DNA from: Deltaproteobacteria bacterium
GTDB taxonomy: Bacteria > Desulfobacterota > Deferrimicrobia > Deferrimicrobiales > Deferrimicrobiaceae
Reading direction: 5' to 3'
Length of the DNA stretch: 61,093 nucleotides
Assembly: GCA_037441465.1 (NCBI GenBank)
Contig: JBBISC010000002.1
Location: 1-61,093 of the forward strand
The notes beneath the pieces were generated by a model. It worked only from the letters and a program-made list of their open reading frames with translations. It had not been told where the DNA came from and did not search any database. This document shows, piece after piece, positions 9,100 to 18,453 of this stretch (its first letter is position 1; each line of letters begins with the position of its first letter). The position numbers and the translations under genes were made by a program.

Positions 9100-10194
9100 T
9101 CAGGCCGCTCCCTCTGGAAAACGGAGATGTGTCTCACGCCGGAAGGGGGTGAACCCGGCGTCCCGGATCGTGGCGACGATCTCCTCCTCGGACATCCGGA
9201 AGGAGACGCCCGCGGAGGCGACCACGTTCTCCTCCATCATCGTGCTGCCGAAGTCGTCCGCGCCGAAGAAGAGCCCGATCTGCGCCACTTTCGCCCCCAT
9301 CGTCACCCACGACACCTGGACGGTCGAAACGTTCGGCAACAGGATCCGGGACAGCGCGAGCACCCGCAGGTACCCCACGGCATGGCCGAATCCCAGGGCC
9401 GACGCCTCCCCGAACCGCGGGTCGCGCGACAGCTCGGTGTTCCCCGATTGGAACACCCAGGGGATGAACGCGGTGAAGCCCCCCGTATCCTCCTGGAGCG
9501 CGCGGACCCGGAGCAGATGGGCGACGATCGCCTCGGGGCTCTCCACGCTGCCAAACATCATCGTCGCGGAGGACCGGAGCCCCTGCCGATGGGCCTCGCG
9601 CATCACCGCCGCCCACTGTTCCCAACCGATCTTCTTCGGGCTGATCCGGCGACGCACCTCGTCGTCGAGGATCTCCGCCCCGCCGCCGGGGATCGAGTCA
9701 AGACCGGCGTCCGAAAGACGCGCGATCACCTCCCCGATCGTCATCTTCGACTGATGCGCGAAGTGCCACACTTCCGGCGGAGAGAATCCGTGCAACAGGA
9801 TCGGGTGCCGCTTCACAGCCCGCACCAGCCGGACCGCCTCGTCGATCCCCCAGTCGGGGTGCAGCCCCCCCTGCAGCAGCACGCGGACCCCGCCCGCCGC
9901 GATCGTGTCCACGATCTTCGCGGAAAGCTCCTCCTCCGACAGGACGTAGGCGTCGGGAGCGTCCTTCTTCCGGTAGAAGGCGCAAAAGGAGCAGCCGCAG
10001 GAGCAGACGTTCGTGTAGTTGATGTTCCGGTCGACGATGTAGGTGACGATTCCGTCCGGGTGCAGTTTCCGCCGGACCGCGTCGGCCGCCCGCCCGAGCT
10101 CGAACAGCGGCGCCTCCCGCAGCAGCCGGACCCCCTCCTGAACCGTCAGTTTGCCCACGATCCCCTTTTGGAACAGCTCTCCCCAATCCATCAT
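9100..10194 (-). CDS. mqnC: radical SAM menaquinone (futalosine pathway) enzyme, MqnC-like cyclic dehypoxanthinyl futalosine synthase
   Basis: Contains [27 protein letters not shown] (CxxxCxxC), HGFSPPEV and GGGAEIL. The start MMDWGELF is at 10194. The MqnC versus MqnE assignment is from motif memory only. Confidence 0.7.
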   Translation of the reverse strand: MMDWGELFQKGIVGKLTVQEGVRLLREAPLFELGRAADAVRRKLHPDGIVTYIVDRNINYTNVCSCGCSFCAFYRKKDAPDAYVLSEEELSAKIVDTIAAGGVRVLLQGGLHPDWGIDEAVRLVRAVKRHPILLHGFSPPEVWHFAHQSKMTIGEVIARLSDAGLDSIPGGGAEILDDEVRRRISPKKIGWEQWAAVMREAHRQGLRSSATMMFGSVESPEAIVAHLLRVRALQEDTGGFTAFIPWVFQSGNTELSRDPRFGEASALGFGHAVGYLRVLALSRILLPNVSTVQVSWVTMGAKVAQIGLFFGADDFGSTMMEENVVASAGVSFRMSEEEIVATIRDAGFTPFRRETHLRFPEGAA

Positions 10195-10216
10195 TGACCA
10201 AGACGGAAGTCCGGCA

Positions 10217-10672
10217 TTACTTCCGCAACCTTTCGATTTCCCGTCGGATCTCTTCAACTACATCTTTGTTGTGAATTACTTTTCGTTTCTCTTCCGCAAT
10301 GGAGATTATGTAGAAGACCTTCCCCCCGTACTTTGCGGTGAACTTTTCATGGGTTTTTTTCTGAAATCCGGCCTCAGCGATGATTTGAGGGATATAAGCA
10401 TATCCTGAGGGTTTGATCTGCAGTCCGATATATTTCCCGTTTACTTGTATGAAAAAATCGACGTTGTAACCCCTGTCCCACTCGTCCGGCGCAGGCTCCA
10501 CCTTCACTCCGAGAAGGTCTTGCAGTTGTCCGTAAATCGTCTGGATTTCTGTCTGATACCCATCGAAGGTCCTATGGATGACAAGTGTGATGATAAAATC
10601 GATTCCAACCTTGGTCTTCCTTGTCAATCCCCATCGCATGTTGGCCTGGTTCAGGATCCATTCCTTGGCCAT
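10217..10672 (-). CDS. small PD-(D/E)xK-type restriction endonuclease candidate (MjaI-like)
   Basis: 151 aa with WDRGYNVDFFIQVNGKYIGLQIKP (D...QxK nuclease motif). Its ATG overlaps the methyltransferase stop by 1 nt (TAATG). It lies in a low-GC islet. Confidence 0.5.
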   Translation of the reverse strand: MAKEWILNQANMRWGLTRKTKVGIDFIITLVIHRTFDGYQTEIQTIYGQLQDLLGVKVEPAPDEWDRGYNVDFFIQVNGKYIGLQIKPSGYAYIPQIIAEAGFQKKTHEKFTAKYGGKVFYIISIAEEKRKVIHNKDVVEEIRREIERLRK

Positions 10673-11961
10673 TACACGGCCTCTTTTTGGGAAAGAAATT
10701 TTGTCCTGTACCGAAAATCGTAGCCGGTGTCCACATCAACCAAGCCGCTTTTGATGAGATGTGCGTTGATGAAGGTCTTGTTCGCCAAGTAGAGGTAGCA
10801 CATGAGGCGACGTTCGTCGTCGTATTTCAGGGCATCGAATTTAAGATACACTTTTTCCCCATTCGTTTTTTCCCTGATGAAATTGATCGCTTCTTCTTTT
10901 TTCCGGGGGTCCTCTCTGATTCCGATCAGTCGAATGGAGACTCCGTTGCTTAAGATCAACGTCTCCGGGGTAACAACCTCCGCAACCGTGAAAAACGTTT
11001 CCCTCCCCGTTTCCGATCCGTCGATCTTCGAACCGAATCGGATACGTTTAGGGTCGATCTTCTTATCGAAACGGACGGGATCCGTAAAGACGTATGGCAT
11101 ATCTTTCATTCTGGCCGAGTAGTCCGGTGCCCGACGGTCCGTACTCACCAATTCAATCCGGCTATCGCGGAAAAGATCCCTCTGCTCACCGCCCACTTTC
11201 TCGACGATCTTGGGAACATAGCTTGGATTGATCTCGTACCCCACAGAATTGCGGTTCAACTTTTTCGCCACAAGCGAAGTCGTACCGCTCCCGAGGAACG
11301 GATCGAGCACCGTGTCTCCCACGAAACTGAACATCCGAACAAGCCGCCGCGGCAGTTCTTCGGGGAACATCGCAAGATGCCTGTCCTGCTTCTCCCCCGG
11401 GAAATTCCAATGCCCTGCGAAATACTGATTCCAATCCTCCGTCGACATCTTCGACTGTTCCTTTACGTCTTCGGTCGCCTTCGGGGAGACACCATATTTC
11501 TTGAAGAACAGGATGAACTCGTAATCCAGCTTGAGAATCCCGTTCCTTGGGTAGGGGAAAGATCCCATGATCGTCGCGCCGCCCGTGGTGTTACAGGTTG
11601 TCACCTTCTGCCAGATGACGGCGCCCATGTAATCGAAGCCCGCGGTCTCGCAGAATTTGATGATCTCCGTGCGGATAGGGATGATCTTGTATCTTCCGTA
11701 GTAAACCGATCTCGCGAACTGATCGCCGATATTGACGCACAAGCGACAACCTTCGTGCAGGACCCTGTGGCATTCACTCCAAACAAGGTTCAGGTTGTTG
11801 ATGTATTCCTCGTAGCTGTCGTTGAACCCGATCTGCCCTTCGTTCCCGTAATCCTTCAGCTGCCAGTACGGCGGCGAAGTCACCACTAGATGGACGGACC
11901 GATCCGGCAGTTCTTTCATCCACCGAGAATCACCGATGATGATCTTGTGGGAAGTCGTCAT
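10672..11961 (-). CDS. beta-class N4/N6 DNA methyltransferase fused to a C-terminal SNase-like (thermonuclease-fold) domain
   Basis: Contains HLVVTSPPYW (motif IV), then LDPFLGSGTTSLVAKK (motif I). The C-terminus reads VVTPETLILSNGVSIRLIGIREDP...KVYLKFD...RRLMCYLYLANKTFINAHLIKSGLV and aligns to staphylococcal nuclease. The start MTTSHKIIIGDS overlaps the mqnE stop (ATGA). Confidence 0.8.
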   Translation of the reverse strand: MTTSHKIIIGDSRWMKELPDRSVHLVVTSPPYWQLKDYGNEGQIGFNDSYEEYINNLNLVWSECHRVLHEGCRLCVNIGDQFARSVYYGRYKIIPIRTEIIKFCETAGFDYMGAVIWQKVTTCNTTGGATIMGSFPYPRNGILKLDYEFILFFKKYGVSPKATEDVKEQSKMSTEDWNQYFAGHWNFPGEKQDRHLAMFPEELPRRLVRMFSFVGDTVLDPFLGSGTTSLVAKKLNRNSVGYEINPSYVPKIVEKVGGEQRDLFRDSRIELVSTDRRAPDYSARMKDMPYVFTDPVRFDKKIDPKRIRFGSKIDGSETGRETFFTVAEVVTPETLILSNGVSIRLIGIREDPRKKEEAINFIREKTNGEKVYLKFDALKYDDERRLMCYLYLANKTFINAHLIKSGLVDVDTGYDFRYRTKFLSQKEAV

Positions 11962-13055
11962 GCCCGGGCGCCTTCCGCGGGCCACTCGCGGACCACGTTG
12001 TAGAGGGTGTCCCGCTCGACGGGGATCTTCCCCGCCTGGCGGATCATCGTGACCAGCTCGGCGACGGACATCTCCTGCCCCGCCTGCGCTCCGGCCGCGT
12101 GGGTGATCTTCTCCTCGACCACGGTCCCGTCGATGTCGTCCACCCCGAAGTGGAGGGAGATCTGCGCCAGCTTCGGTCCCACCATGATCCAGAACGACTT
12201 GATGTGGCGGAAGTTGTCGAGGTAGAGCCTCGCCACCGCCAGCGCGAGCAGGTCATCGAGCCCCGTGGTGTACCCCTTGGCGATCTCCGTGTTCTTCGGG
12301 TGGAAGGCCAGGGGGATGAACGACTGGAACCCGCCGGTGCGGTCCTGAAGCGTACGCAGGCGCCGCATGTGGTCCACGCGCGACTCCAGCGTCTCCACGT
12401 GGCCGTAGAGCATCGTCGCGTTGCTTCGAAGTCCCGCCGCGTGGACCGCCTCCATCACCTCGAGCCATCGGTCCCCCGGGATTTTCTCGGGGCAGATCTC
12501 TTTCCGGATCTCAGGGGCGAAGATCTCCGCCCCGCCGCCGGGAAGGGATCCGAGCCCCGCATCCTTCAATTGCGCGATCACCTCGGCCAGCGGAAGCCCG
12601 GTGATCTCCCGGAAATAATCGATCTCAACGGCCGTGAAGGCCTGGACGTGCAGGGAGGGGAACCGCTCCCGCAGGGAGCGCAGCATCGTCAGGTAGAAGT
12701 CGAAGGGGAGATCCGGGTGCAACCCCCCGACGATGTGAAGTTCCGTGGCACGCTGTTCCCGAGCCTCTTCCGCCCGGCGGAGGATTTCGTCCATCGTCAT
12801 CGTGTACGCAAGGGGATCGTCCTTCCCTTTGCTGAACGCGCAGAACCTGCACCGGTTCACGCAGATGTTCGTCGGATTCACGTGCCGGTTGACGATGAAG
12901 CAGACGCGGTCGCCGTTCGCCCGTCGGTTCGCCAGGGCCGCCATCTCCCCGACGGCGAGGATGTCCCGCGAGCGGTAGAGTGCGAGCGCGTCGCTCTCCG
13001 ACAGCCGCTCCCCCGCTTCGACCTTATCCCGAAGGTGTCTTGATTCCGTTTCCAT
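11958..13055 (-). CDS. mqnE: radical SAM menaquinone (futalosine pathway) enzyme, MqnE-like aminofutalosine synthase
   Basis: Contains FIVNRHVNPTNICVNRCRFCAFSKGKDD, HVQAFTAVEI and PGGGAEIF. It is a paralog of the 9100-10194 gene. Confidence 0.7.
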   Translation of the reverse strand: METESRHLRDKVEAGERLSESDALALYRSRDILAVGEMAALANRRANGDRVCFIVNRHVNPTNICVNRCRFCAFSKGKDDPLAYTMTMDEILRRAEEAREQRATELHIVGGLHPDLPFDFYLTMLRSLRERFPSLHVQAFTAVEIDYFREITGLPLAEVIAQLKDAGLGSLPGGGAEIFAPEIRKEICPEKIPGDRWLEVMEAVHAAGLRSNATMLYGHVETLESRVDHMRRLRTLQDRTGGFQSFIPLAFHPKNTEIAKGYTTGLDDLLALAVARLYLDNFRHIKSFWIMVGPKLAQISLHFGVDDIDGTVVEEKITHAAGAQAGQEMSVAELVTMIRQAGKIPVERDTLYNVVREWPAEGARA

Positions 13056-15495
13056 TCACTCTGCCTTTGCGCATCTGCTCGAGGATCCGGTCCCCGGTCC
13101 CCGCCCCCCTCCGGAAGAGGGGGAGAAAGATGGAGAAGGCTACACCGGTCCCCTCCCGGTTGTCCAGATGGATCGTTCCCCCGTGCTTCTCGACGATGGC
13201 GTGGACGATGGGAAGCCCGAGGCCGGTCCCCTTCGCCTTCGTGGTGAAGAACGGGTTGAAGATGTTGTGCACCACGTCGTGCGGGATCCCGCCGCCGGTG
13301 TCGCTCACCTCGAGAACCACGCCGATTCCCTCCGCGGGGTCGGCGAGGTGCGTGGTGACGGTGAGGATGCCACTCCCCCCAACCGCCTGGATGGCGTTGG
13401 ATACGAGGTTCCATACCACCTGCCGGATCTGGTCCGGATCCGCCGAGATGGGGAGAAGGTCCGGGGAGAGGTCGACCACCGTGGAGATGCGGGCCTCCTC
13501 GAGCTCTTCCCGGAACATCGACAGCACGTCGTGGATCTCTGCGTTCAGGTTTACGGTGCGGAACGCGGGGATCCCCTCCCGGGAGAAGTAAAGCGTCTCG
13601 TTGATGATCCGCTCCAGGCGCTGCACCTCCTTCAGGATGATCTGCGCATACCGCTCGAGGGAATGCGCCCCTCTCCCGGCCCGGGGGGAGGCGATCCTCC
13701 GGGCGAACCCGCCGATCGCGGTGAGGGGGTTCTTGATCTCGTGGGCGATCCTGGCCGCCATCTCTCCAAGCGCCATGAGCTTCTCGCTCTGCACCAGCCG
13801 GTCCTGCGTGGTCCGGACGGTGTCGAGCGCGCCCTCCAGCGACTCGTAGAGGGAGGCGTTTTCCATCGCGAGGCACGCGTTGGAGGCGAACATCGTGAGC
13901 ACCTGGATGTCTTCGTCGCCGATCGTCCTCCCCTGGAACAGGTTGTCCACGTAGATCGCCCCGCGCGCCTCCCCCTTGGCCATCAGGGGAACGGCGGCGA
14001 AGGATGCCGGGTGGATGCCGCAGAACCCCCCCCCGGGGGCCGCATCGCCCGCACCCTCCCGGGCCGGGCAGCCGGCCTCCGTCCGAACCGACCGTTTCTC
14101 CTTCACCGCCCTCGCCACGAGGCAGGAGGCATCGGACAGCGGGATCGTCATGTTTCCGATGTCGGACCAGAGCAGGTTCCGGATCTCCTCCCCCGACACT
14201 CCGAGCGCGCCGTCGAGCAGCAGCCCCCGTGGAAGGCGGCCGATCCGCCGCGCCTCCTGGCGATCGCGCGGCCCCATCGCCATCCTGGGACGAAGTTCCT
14301 CCCCGTCCTCCGATGTAAGGAACAGGATCGCCCGGCTGAAGTTCAGCCGGCGCGGGGAGATGAGGGCGTACAGCATGATCGGAAGCAGCCGCTCCATCTT
14401 GACCGTGGACATGAGAGCGCGAGCGACGTCGTGGAGCGTCGAGATCCGCTGCATCTTGACCTGGTTCTCCTGCGCCAGCCGCTGCGCCTTCCGGAGAATC
14501 GATGCGTTCTCGATCATGTTCGCCAGATGGGAGCACACCGTCAGCATAAGGTGTACCCCTTCCATGTCGAAGCGCAGCCGGGGGGAGGCGGAGTAGTAGC
14601 TGATCGTCCCGAGGGACTGCCCCTGGGAAACGATGGGGAGGCCGAGGAAGGAGGCGATCCCGTGGCCGGCAAGCGCTGAATGGAGCGGCGAATCCTCGGG
14701 GGCGTTGATCAGGAGAGGGCGCTTCTCGCCGTGGATCCGCAGGGCCAGCTCCTTCCCCACCGACCGAAGCTCCCGGCGCAGGCCGGGGCGGCTGTACCCC
14801 TCGTCCACCGCCACCTTGAGAACGCCGCGCCCCTCCCCCGCAAGGCGCACCGTGCACCCTTCGGCCGACAGCAGCCGCAGCGTGGTCTTTGCGACGTATC
14901 CCAGCGTTTCCTTCACTTCGAAGGTCGAGGAGATCGCGCGTCCGATCTCGTTCAGCGTGATGAGCTCCGAGACGCGCTTGCGGGCGTCGCTGTAAAGCAG
15001 GCTGTTGCGGATCGTCCCCGCCACCTCCGTCGCCACCGACCCGAGGAACACCAGGTCCCCCTCCGCGTAGCTCGCGGGAGCAAGTGTGGAGAAGTTCATC
15101 ACTCCGTAGAGGTACACGTCGTCCATGATCGGCACGGAGAGGATGGAGGTGAAGTCGCGCGATTCCCGGGGAACGGCGAACGCCGGGGGATTCGTCTTCA
15201 CGTCGGGGAAGAAGACCGGGGCGCGCTTCCGCGCCGCCTTCCCGGAAACCCCTTCCCCCGGATGGACCACGAAGTCCATCAGCATGCACTCCTCGATCTC
15301 GACGCACGAGGAGACCCACGGCGCGAGGTCCTCCCCACGCACTTCGCGCCGGTAGATGCAAACGCAATCGGAACGGGTCTCCCGTGAGAGAAAATCGCAG
15401 ATGTGCTTCAGGCGGTTCTCCACCTGGATGTTCGAATTGGAGATCTCGACGATCCGGGCCAGGAGGGAAAAGCGGGTGTTCGGGCTCTCAATCAT
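13024..15495 (-). CDS. multi-GAF sensor histidine kinase
   Basis: The start MIESPNTRF is at 15495. It has several GAF-like segments, then HisKA (MAARIAHEIKNPLTAIGGFARR) and HATPase_c (EVSDTGGGIP...FFTTKAKGTGLGLPIV). No adjacent response regulator is present. Confidence 0.85.
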   Translation of the reverse strand: MIESPNTRFSLLARIVEISNSNIQVENRLKHICDFLSRETRSDCVCIYRREVRGEDLAPWVSSCVEIEECMLMDFVVHPGEGVSGKAARKRAPVFFPDVKTNPPAFAVPRESRDFTSILSVPIMDDVYLYGVMNFSTLAPASYAEGDLVFLGSVATEVAGTIRNSLLYSDARKRVSELITLNEIGRAISSTFEVKETLGYVAKTTLRLLSAEGCTVRLAGEGRGVLKVAVDEGYSRPGLRRELRSVGKELALRIHGEKRPLLINAPEDSPLHSALAGHGIASFLGLPIVSQGQSLGTISYYSASPRLRFDMEGVHLMLTVCSHLANMIENASILRKAQRLAQENQVKMQRISTLHDVARALMSTVKMERLLPIMLYALISPRRLNFSRAILFLTSEDGEELRPRMAMGPRDRQEARRIGRLPRGLLLDGALGVSGEEIRNLLWSDIGNMTIPLSDASCLVARAVKEKRSVRTEAGCPAREGAGDAAPGGGFCGIHPASFAAVPLMAKGEARGAIYVDNLFQGRTIGDEDIQVLTMFASNACLAMENASLYESLEGALDTVRTTQDRLVQSEKLMALGEMAARIAHEIKNPLTAIGGFARRIASPRAGRGAHSLERYAQIILKEVQRLERIINETLYFSREGIPAFRTVNLNAEIHDVLSMFREELEEARISTVVDLSPDLLPISADPDQIRQVVWNLVSNAIQAVGGSGILTVTTHLADPAEGIGVVLEVSDTGGGIPHDVVHNIFNPFFTTKAKGTGLGLPIVHAIVEKHGGTIHLDNREGTGVAFSIFLPLFRRGAGTGDRILEQMRKGRVNGNGIKTPSG

Positions 15496-15502
15496 TGGGG
15501 GG

Positions 15503-16963
15503 CTACCCCTTCGGGGTCCGCTTGCGCAGCGCCTTCCCGTAAAGGTCGACGTACGCCCGGGCCGACGCCTCCCAGGAAAAGTCCCGCGCCATCCCCCGGC
15601 GGACGATCGCGTCCCAGCGGGGACGGTCCGCATGCGCCGCCAATGCCCTCGTCACGGCGCCCTTCAGTTCCTCCGCCTCATAGCGCCGGAAGGTGAACCC
15701 GGTGCCCGCCGCGGGGTTCTCGTCGGCGTCCGCCACGGTATCCGCCAGCCCCCCCGTCTCCCGCACGATGGGGACGGTGCCGTACTTCAGGCTGTAGATC
15801 TGGTTCATCCCGCACGGTTCGTACCGGGAAGGCATCAGGTACATGTCCGACCCCGCCTCGATCTTGTGGGCCAGCGCGTTGTCGTACGCCACCCGGATCG
15901 CGATCCGGTCGGGGTATTTCCGCCCGAGCTCCTCCATCGCCTCCTCGTACTTCCGTTCCCCGGCTCCGAGAATCACCACCCGCAGCGGCTGTTCCGCAAG
16001 CCACCCCCCGATCCGCTCGACGAGGTCGAACCCTTTTTGCGCCGTGAGCCGCCCGATCAGGCCGAGGACCGGATCGTCCCCCTTCGATAGCCCGAACACC
16101 GAGATCAGGTCCCGCCGGCACGCCGCTTTCCCCGACAAGTCGTCCGCGGAGTAGTTCGCCGCGATCCACCGATCCGTGGCAGGGTGCCACTCGTCGTCGT
16201 CGATCCCGTTCACGATGCCGAAGAGGTCCTCCCGGCGCTCGTAGAGGACCCCCTCGAGACCGTACCCGTATTCCGGGGTCTGAATCTCGCGGCTGTAGGT
16301 GTCGGACACGGTGGAGAGGACGTCCGCGAACAACAGGCCCGCCTTCATCAGGTTGATCTTCCCGTAGAACTCCAGCCCCCGGGGGGTGAACAGCTCCCAC
16401 CCGAGGCCCATCATCGGAAGGTCGTGGTTCCAGAACAGCCCCTGGTACCCCAGGTTGTGGACGGTAAAGACGGTTCCCGTCCTGCGGAACGGCTCGCGGT
16501 CGGCATAGAGCGTCTTCACGTACACCGGGAGGAGGGCGGTCTGCCAGTCGTTGCAGTGGATGATGTCGTACCGCCGCCCGGAGCCCGCGATCCACTCCAT
16601 GACGGCGCGGCAGAAGAAGGTGAACCGCTCGGAGTTGTCGACGTAGTCGCCGTCGCGGGTCCCGTAAAGAAACTCCCGGTCGAAGAACCGGTCGTTGCGG
16701 ACGAGGAAAGCGCGGACGCCGTCCCCCGCGTCGGTCTCCTCGACGCTCCCTTCCTCATCCCGGGTCCCGAGGGGGACGAGGATCGCCTGCCCGGGGCCCG
16801 TGAAGGGGAACCGGTCCCGGTCCACGCAGCGGTAGAGGGGGAGGACGCAGTCGGCCTCGACGCCGATCCTGCGAAGCGCCTTGGGGAGAGCCCCGGCGAC
16901 GTCCGCCAGGCCTCCCGTTTTCGCGAAGGGGACGATCTCGGAAGAGGCCACGAGGACCTTCAT
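15503..16963 (-). CDS. glgA: glycogen synthase (ADP-glucose type)
   Basis: Begins MKVLVASSEIVPFAKTGGLADVAGALPKAL, and contains HCNDWQTAL and PSRYEPCGMNQIYSLKYGT. Confidence 0.92.
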   Translation of the reverse strand: MKVLVASSEIVPFAKTGGLADVAGALPKALRRIGVEADCVLPLYRCVDRDRFPFTGPGQAILVPLGTRDEEGSVEETDAGDGVRAFLVRNDRFFDREFLYGTRDGDYVDNSERFTFFCRAVMEWIAGSGRRYDIIHCNDWQTALLPVYVKTLYADREPFRRTGTVFTVHNLGYQGLFWNHDLPMMGLGWELFTPRGLEFYGKINLMKAGLLFADVLSTVSDTYSREIQTPEYGYGLEGVLYERREDLFGIVNGIDDDEWHPATDRWIAANYSADDLSGKAACRRDLISVFGLSKGDDPVLGLIGRLTAQKGFDLVERIGGWLAEQPLRVVILGAGERKYEEAMEELGRKYPDRIAIRVAYDNALAHKIEAGSDMYLMPSRYEPCGMNQIYSLKYGTVPIVRETGGLADTVADADENPAAGTGFTFRRYEAEELKGAVTRALAAHADRPRWDAIVRRGMARDFSWEASARAYVDLYGKALRKRTPKG

Positions 16964-16975
16964 CGGATCAGGGTC

Positions 16976-17971
16976 TCACTCCGGAAGCTCGCGGAGGTAC
17001 TTGGCGGACTCCTCCGGAGGGGTCGGGTTGATGTAGAACCCGGACCCCCACTCGAACCCCGCCACCTTCGTCAACTTCGGCATGATCTCGATGTGCCAGT
17101 GGAAAAAATCCGCCGCCCTCTCCATGAAAGGGGCGCTGTGGACGATGAAGTTGAAGGGCGGGTTTTCCAGGGCGAGGTTCAGGCGCCGCAAGGTCCGCCG
17201 GAAGACGGCGGCGAGCGCTTTCGCCTGGTCCCCCTCGATCATCTCGTAGGCGCACTGGTGGCGCTTCGGGACGATCCAGGTCTCGAAAGGGAAGCGTGGG
17301 GCGTACGGCGAGAAGGCGAGGAATTCCCCGGTCTCCTCGACGATGCGGACCTTCTGGTCCATCTCCTGGACGATGATGTCGCAGAAGAGGCACCGGTCGC
17401 GGAAGCGGTAATACTCCCGGCAGCCGTTCATCTCCTCCATCACCCGTTTCGGGATGACGGGAAGGGCGATCAGCTGGGAGTGACTGTGGGTCAGGGACGC
17501 CCCGGCGGACGCCCCGTGGTTCTTGAAGATGAGGACCGACTTGAACCGGTGATCGTTCTTCAGGTCGAGTACGCGGTCCCGGTACGCCCACAGGACATCC
17601 TGGAACCGCTTCTCGGGCAGATCGAACAGGTCGACATCGTGCCGTTCCGACTCGATGACGACCTCGTGTGCGCCGATGCCGTGCATCCGGTCGTAGATCC
17701 CGTCGGCCGCTTTTCCCAGCTCTCCCTCGATCCGCAGGGCGGGAAACTTGTTGGGAACGACGCGCAAGGTCCAGTTCGGGTCGTTGGGCTGCCCACCCGG
17801 GCGGTACCCGAGGATTTCGGGTGGGGTCATCCGCTCGCTTCCCGGACAGAGGGGGCACACCCCCTCGCGCCGCGGGGCGGGCTCCCGGGGAAATTCATGG
17901 GGACGCTTGGCCCGCTCGATGGAGATGATGACCCACCGGCCGACGACCGGGTCTTTCCGAAGTTCCGTCAT
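16976..17971 (-). CDS. GalT-like HIT-superfamily nucleotidyltransferase (galactose-1-phosphate uridylyltransferase family)
   Basis: Begins MTELRKDPVVGRWVIISIERAKRP, and contains CPLCPG, NKFPAL and KNHGASAGASLTHSHSQLIALP (HxHxQ). A GGAGG RBS precedes the ATG at 17971. Confidence 0.8.
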   Translation of the reverse strand: MTELRKDPVVGRWVIISIERAKRPHEFPREPAPRREGVCPLCPGSERMTPPEILGYRPGGQPNDPNWTLRVVPNKFPALRIEGELGKAADGIYDRMHGIGAHEVVIESERHDVDLFDLPEKRFQDVLWAYRDRVLDLKNDHRFKSVLIFKNHGASAGASLTHSHSQLIALPVIPKRVMEEMNGCREYYRFRDRCLFCDIIVQEMDQKVRIVEETGEFLAFSPYAPRFPFETWIVPKRHQCAYEMIEGDQAKALAAVFRRTLRRLNLALENPPFNFIVHSAPFMERAADFFHWHIEIMPKLTKVAGFEWGSGFYINPTPPEESAKYLRELPE

Positions 17972-18020
17972 GCTGCCTCCGATGGCGGGTGGAAGGCGGT
18001 GGAGGCCTCCGGCGGGACGC

Positions 18021-18407
18021 CTACTTGACCTCTTCCTCCTCGGCGACGATCTTGCAGTCAATGCACTGCGAGGTGACCGGCCGGGCGATCAGCCGCTTTT
18101 TCTCGATCTCCCCGCCGCACCCCTCGCAGATCCCGAACGTGCCGGCGTCGATCCGCTTGATCGCCTCCTGGATCTTGGCCACGAGCTTGCGGTCCCGGTC
18201 CCTAAGACGGAGGGTGAAGTTCCGGTTCGACTCGAGCGAGGCCCTGTCGGTCGGGTCCGGGAAGTTCTCCTCCTCGACGCTGGTCATGTCGACGACCGTC
18301 CGCTCCGCTCCCGCCAACAGTTCGTCCAGCTGACTCTGGAGTTCGGCCCGGCAATTTTCGATGACGACGCGGTCCATCGGTTCCAGCTCCCGGGGAACAG
18401 CTATCAT
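18021..18407 (-). CDS. dksA: DksA/TraR family C4 zinc-finger regulator
   Basis: Contains GTFGICEGCGGEIEKKRLIARPVTSQCIDCK. The start could alternatively be MDRVV at 18377. Confidence 0.8.
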   Translation of the reverse strand: MIAVPRELEPMDRVVIENCRAELQSQLDELLAGAERTVVDMTSVEEENFPDPTDRASLESNRNFTLRLRDRDRKLVAKIQEAIKRIDAGTFGICEGCGGEIEKKRLIARPVTSQCIDCKIVAEEEEVK

Positions 18408-18453
18408 TCGGATACGTTATCGCGTTTCCCCGGGGGTGTAAAGGCGGAGCGGC

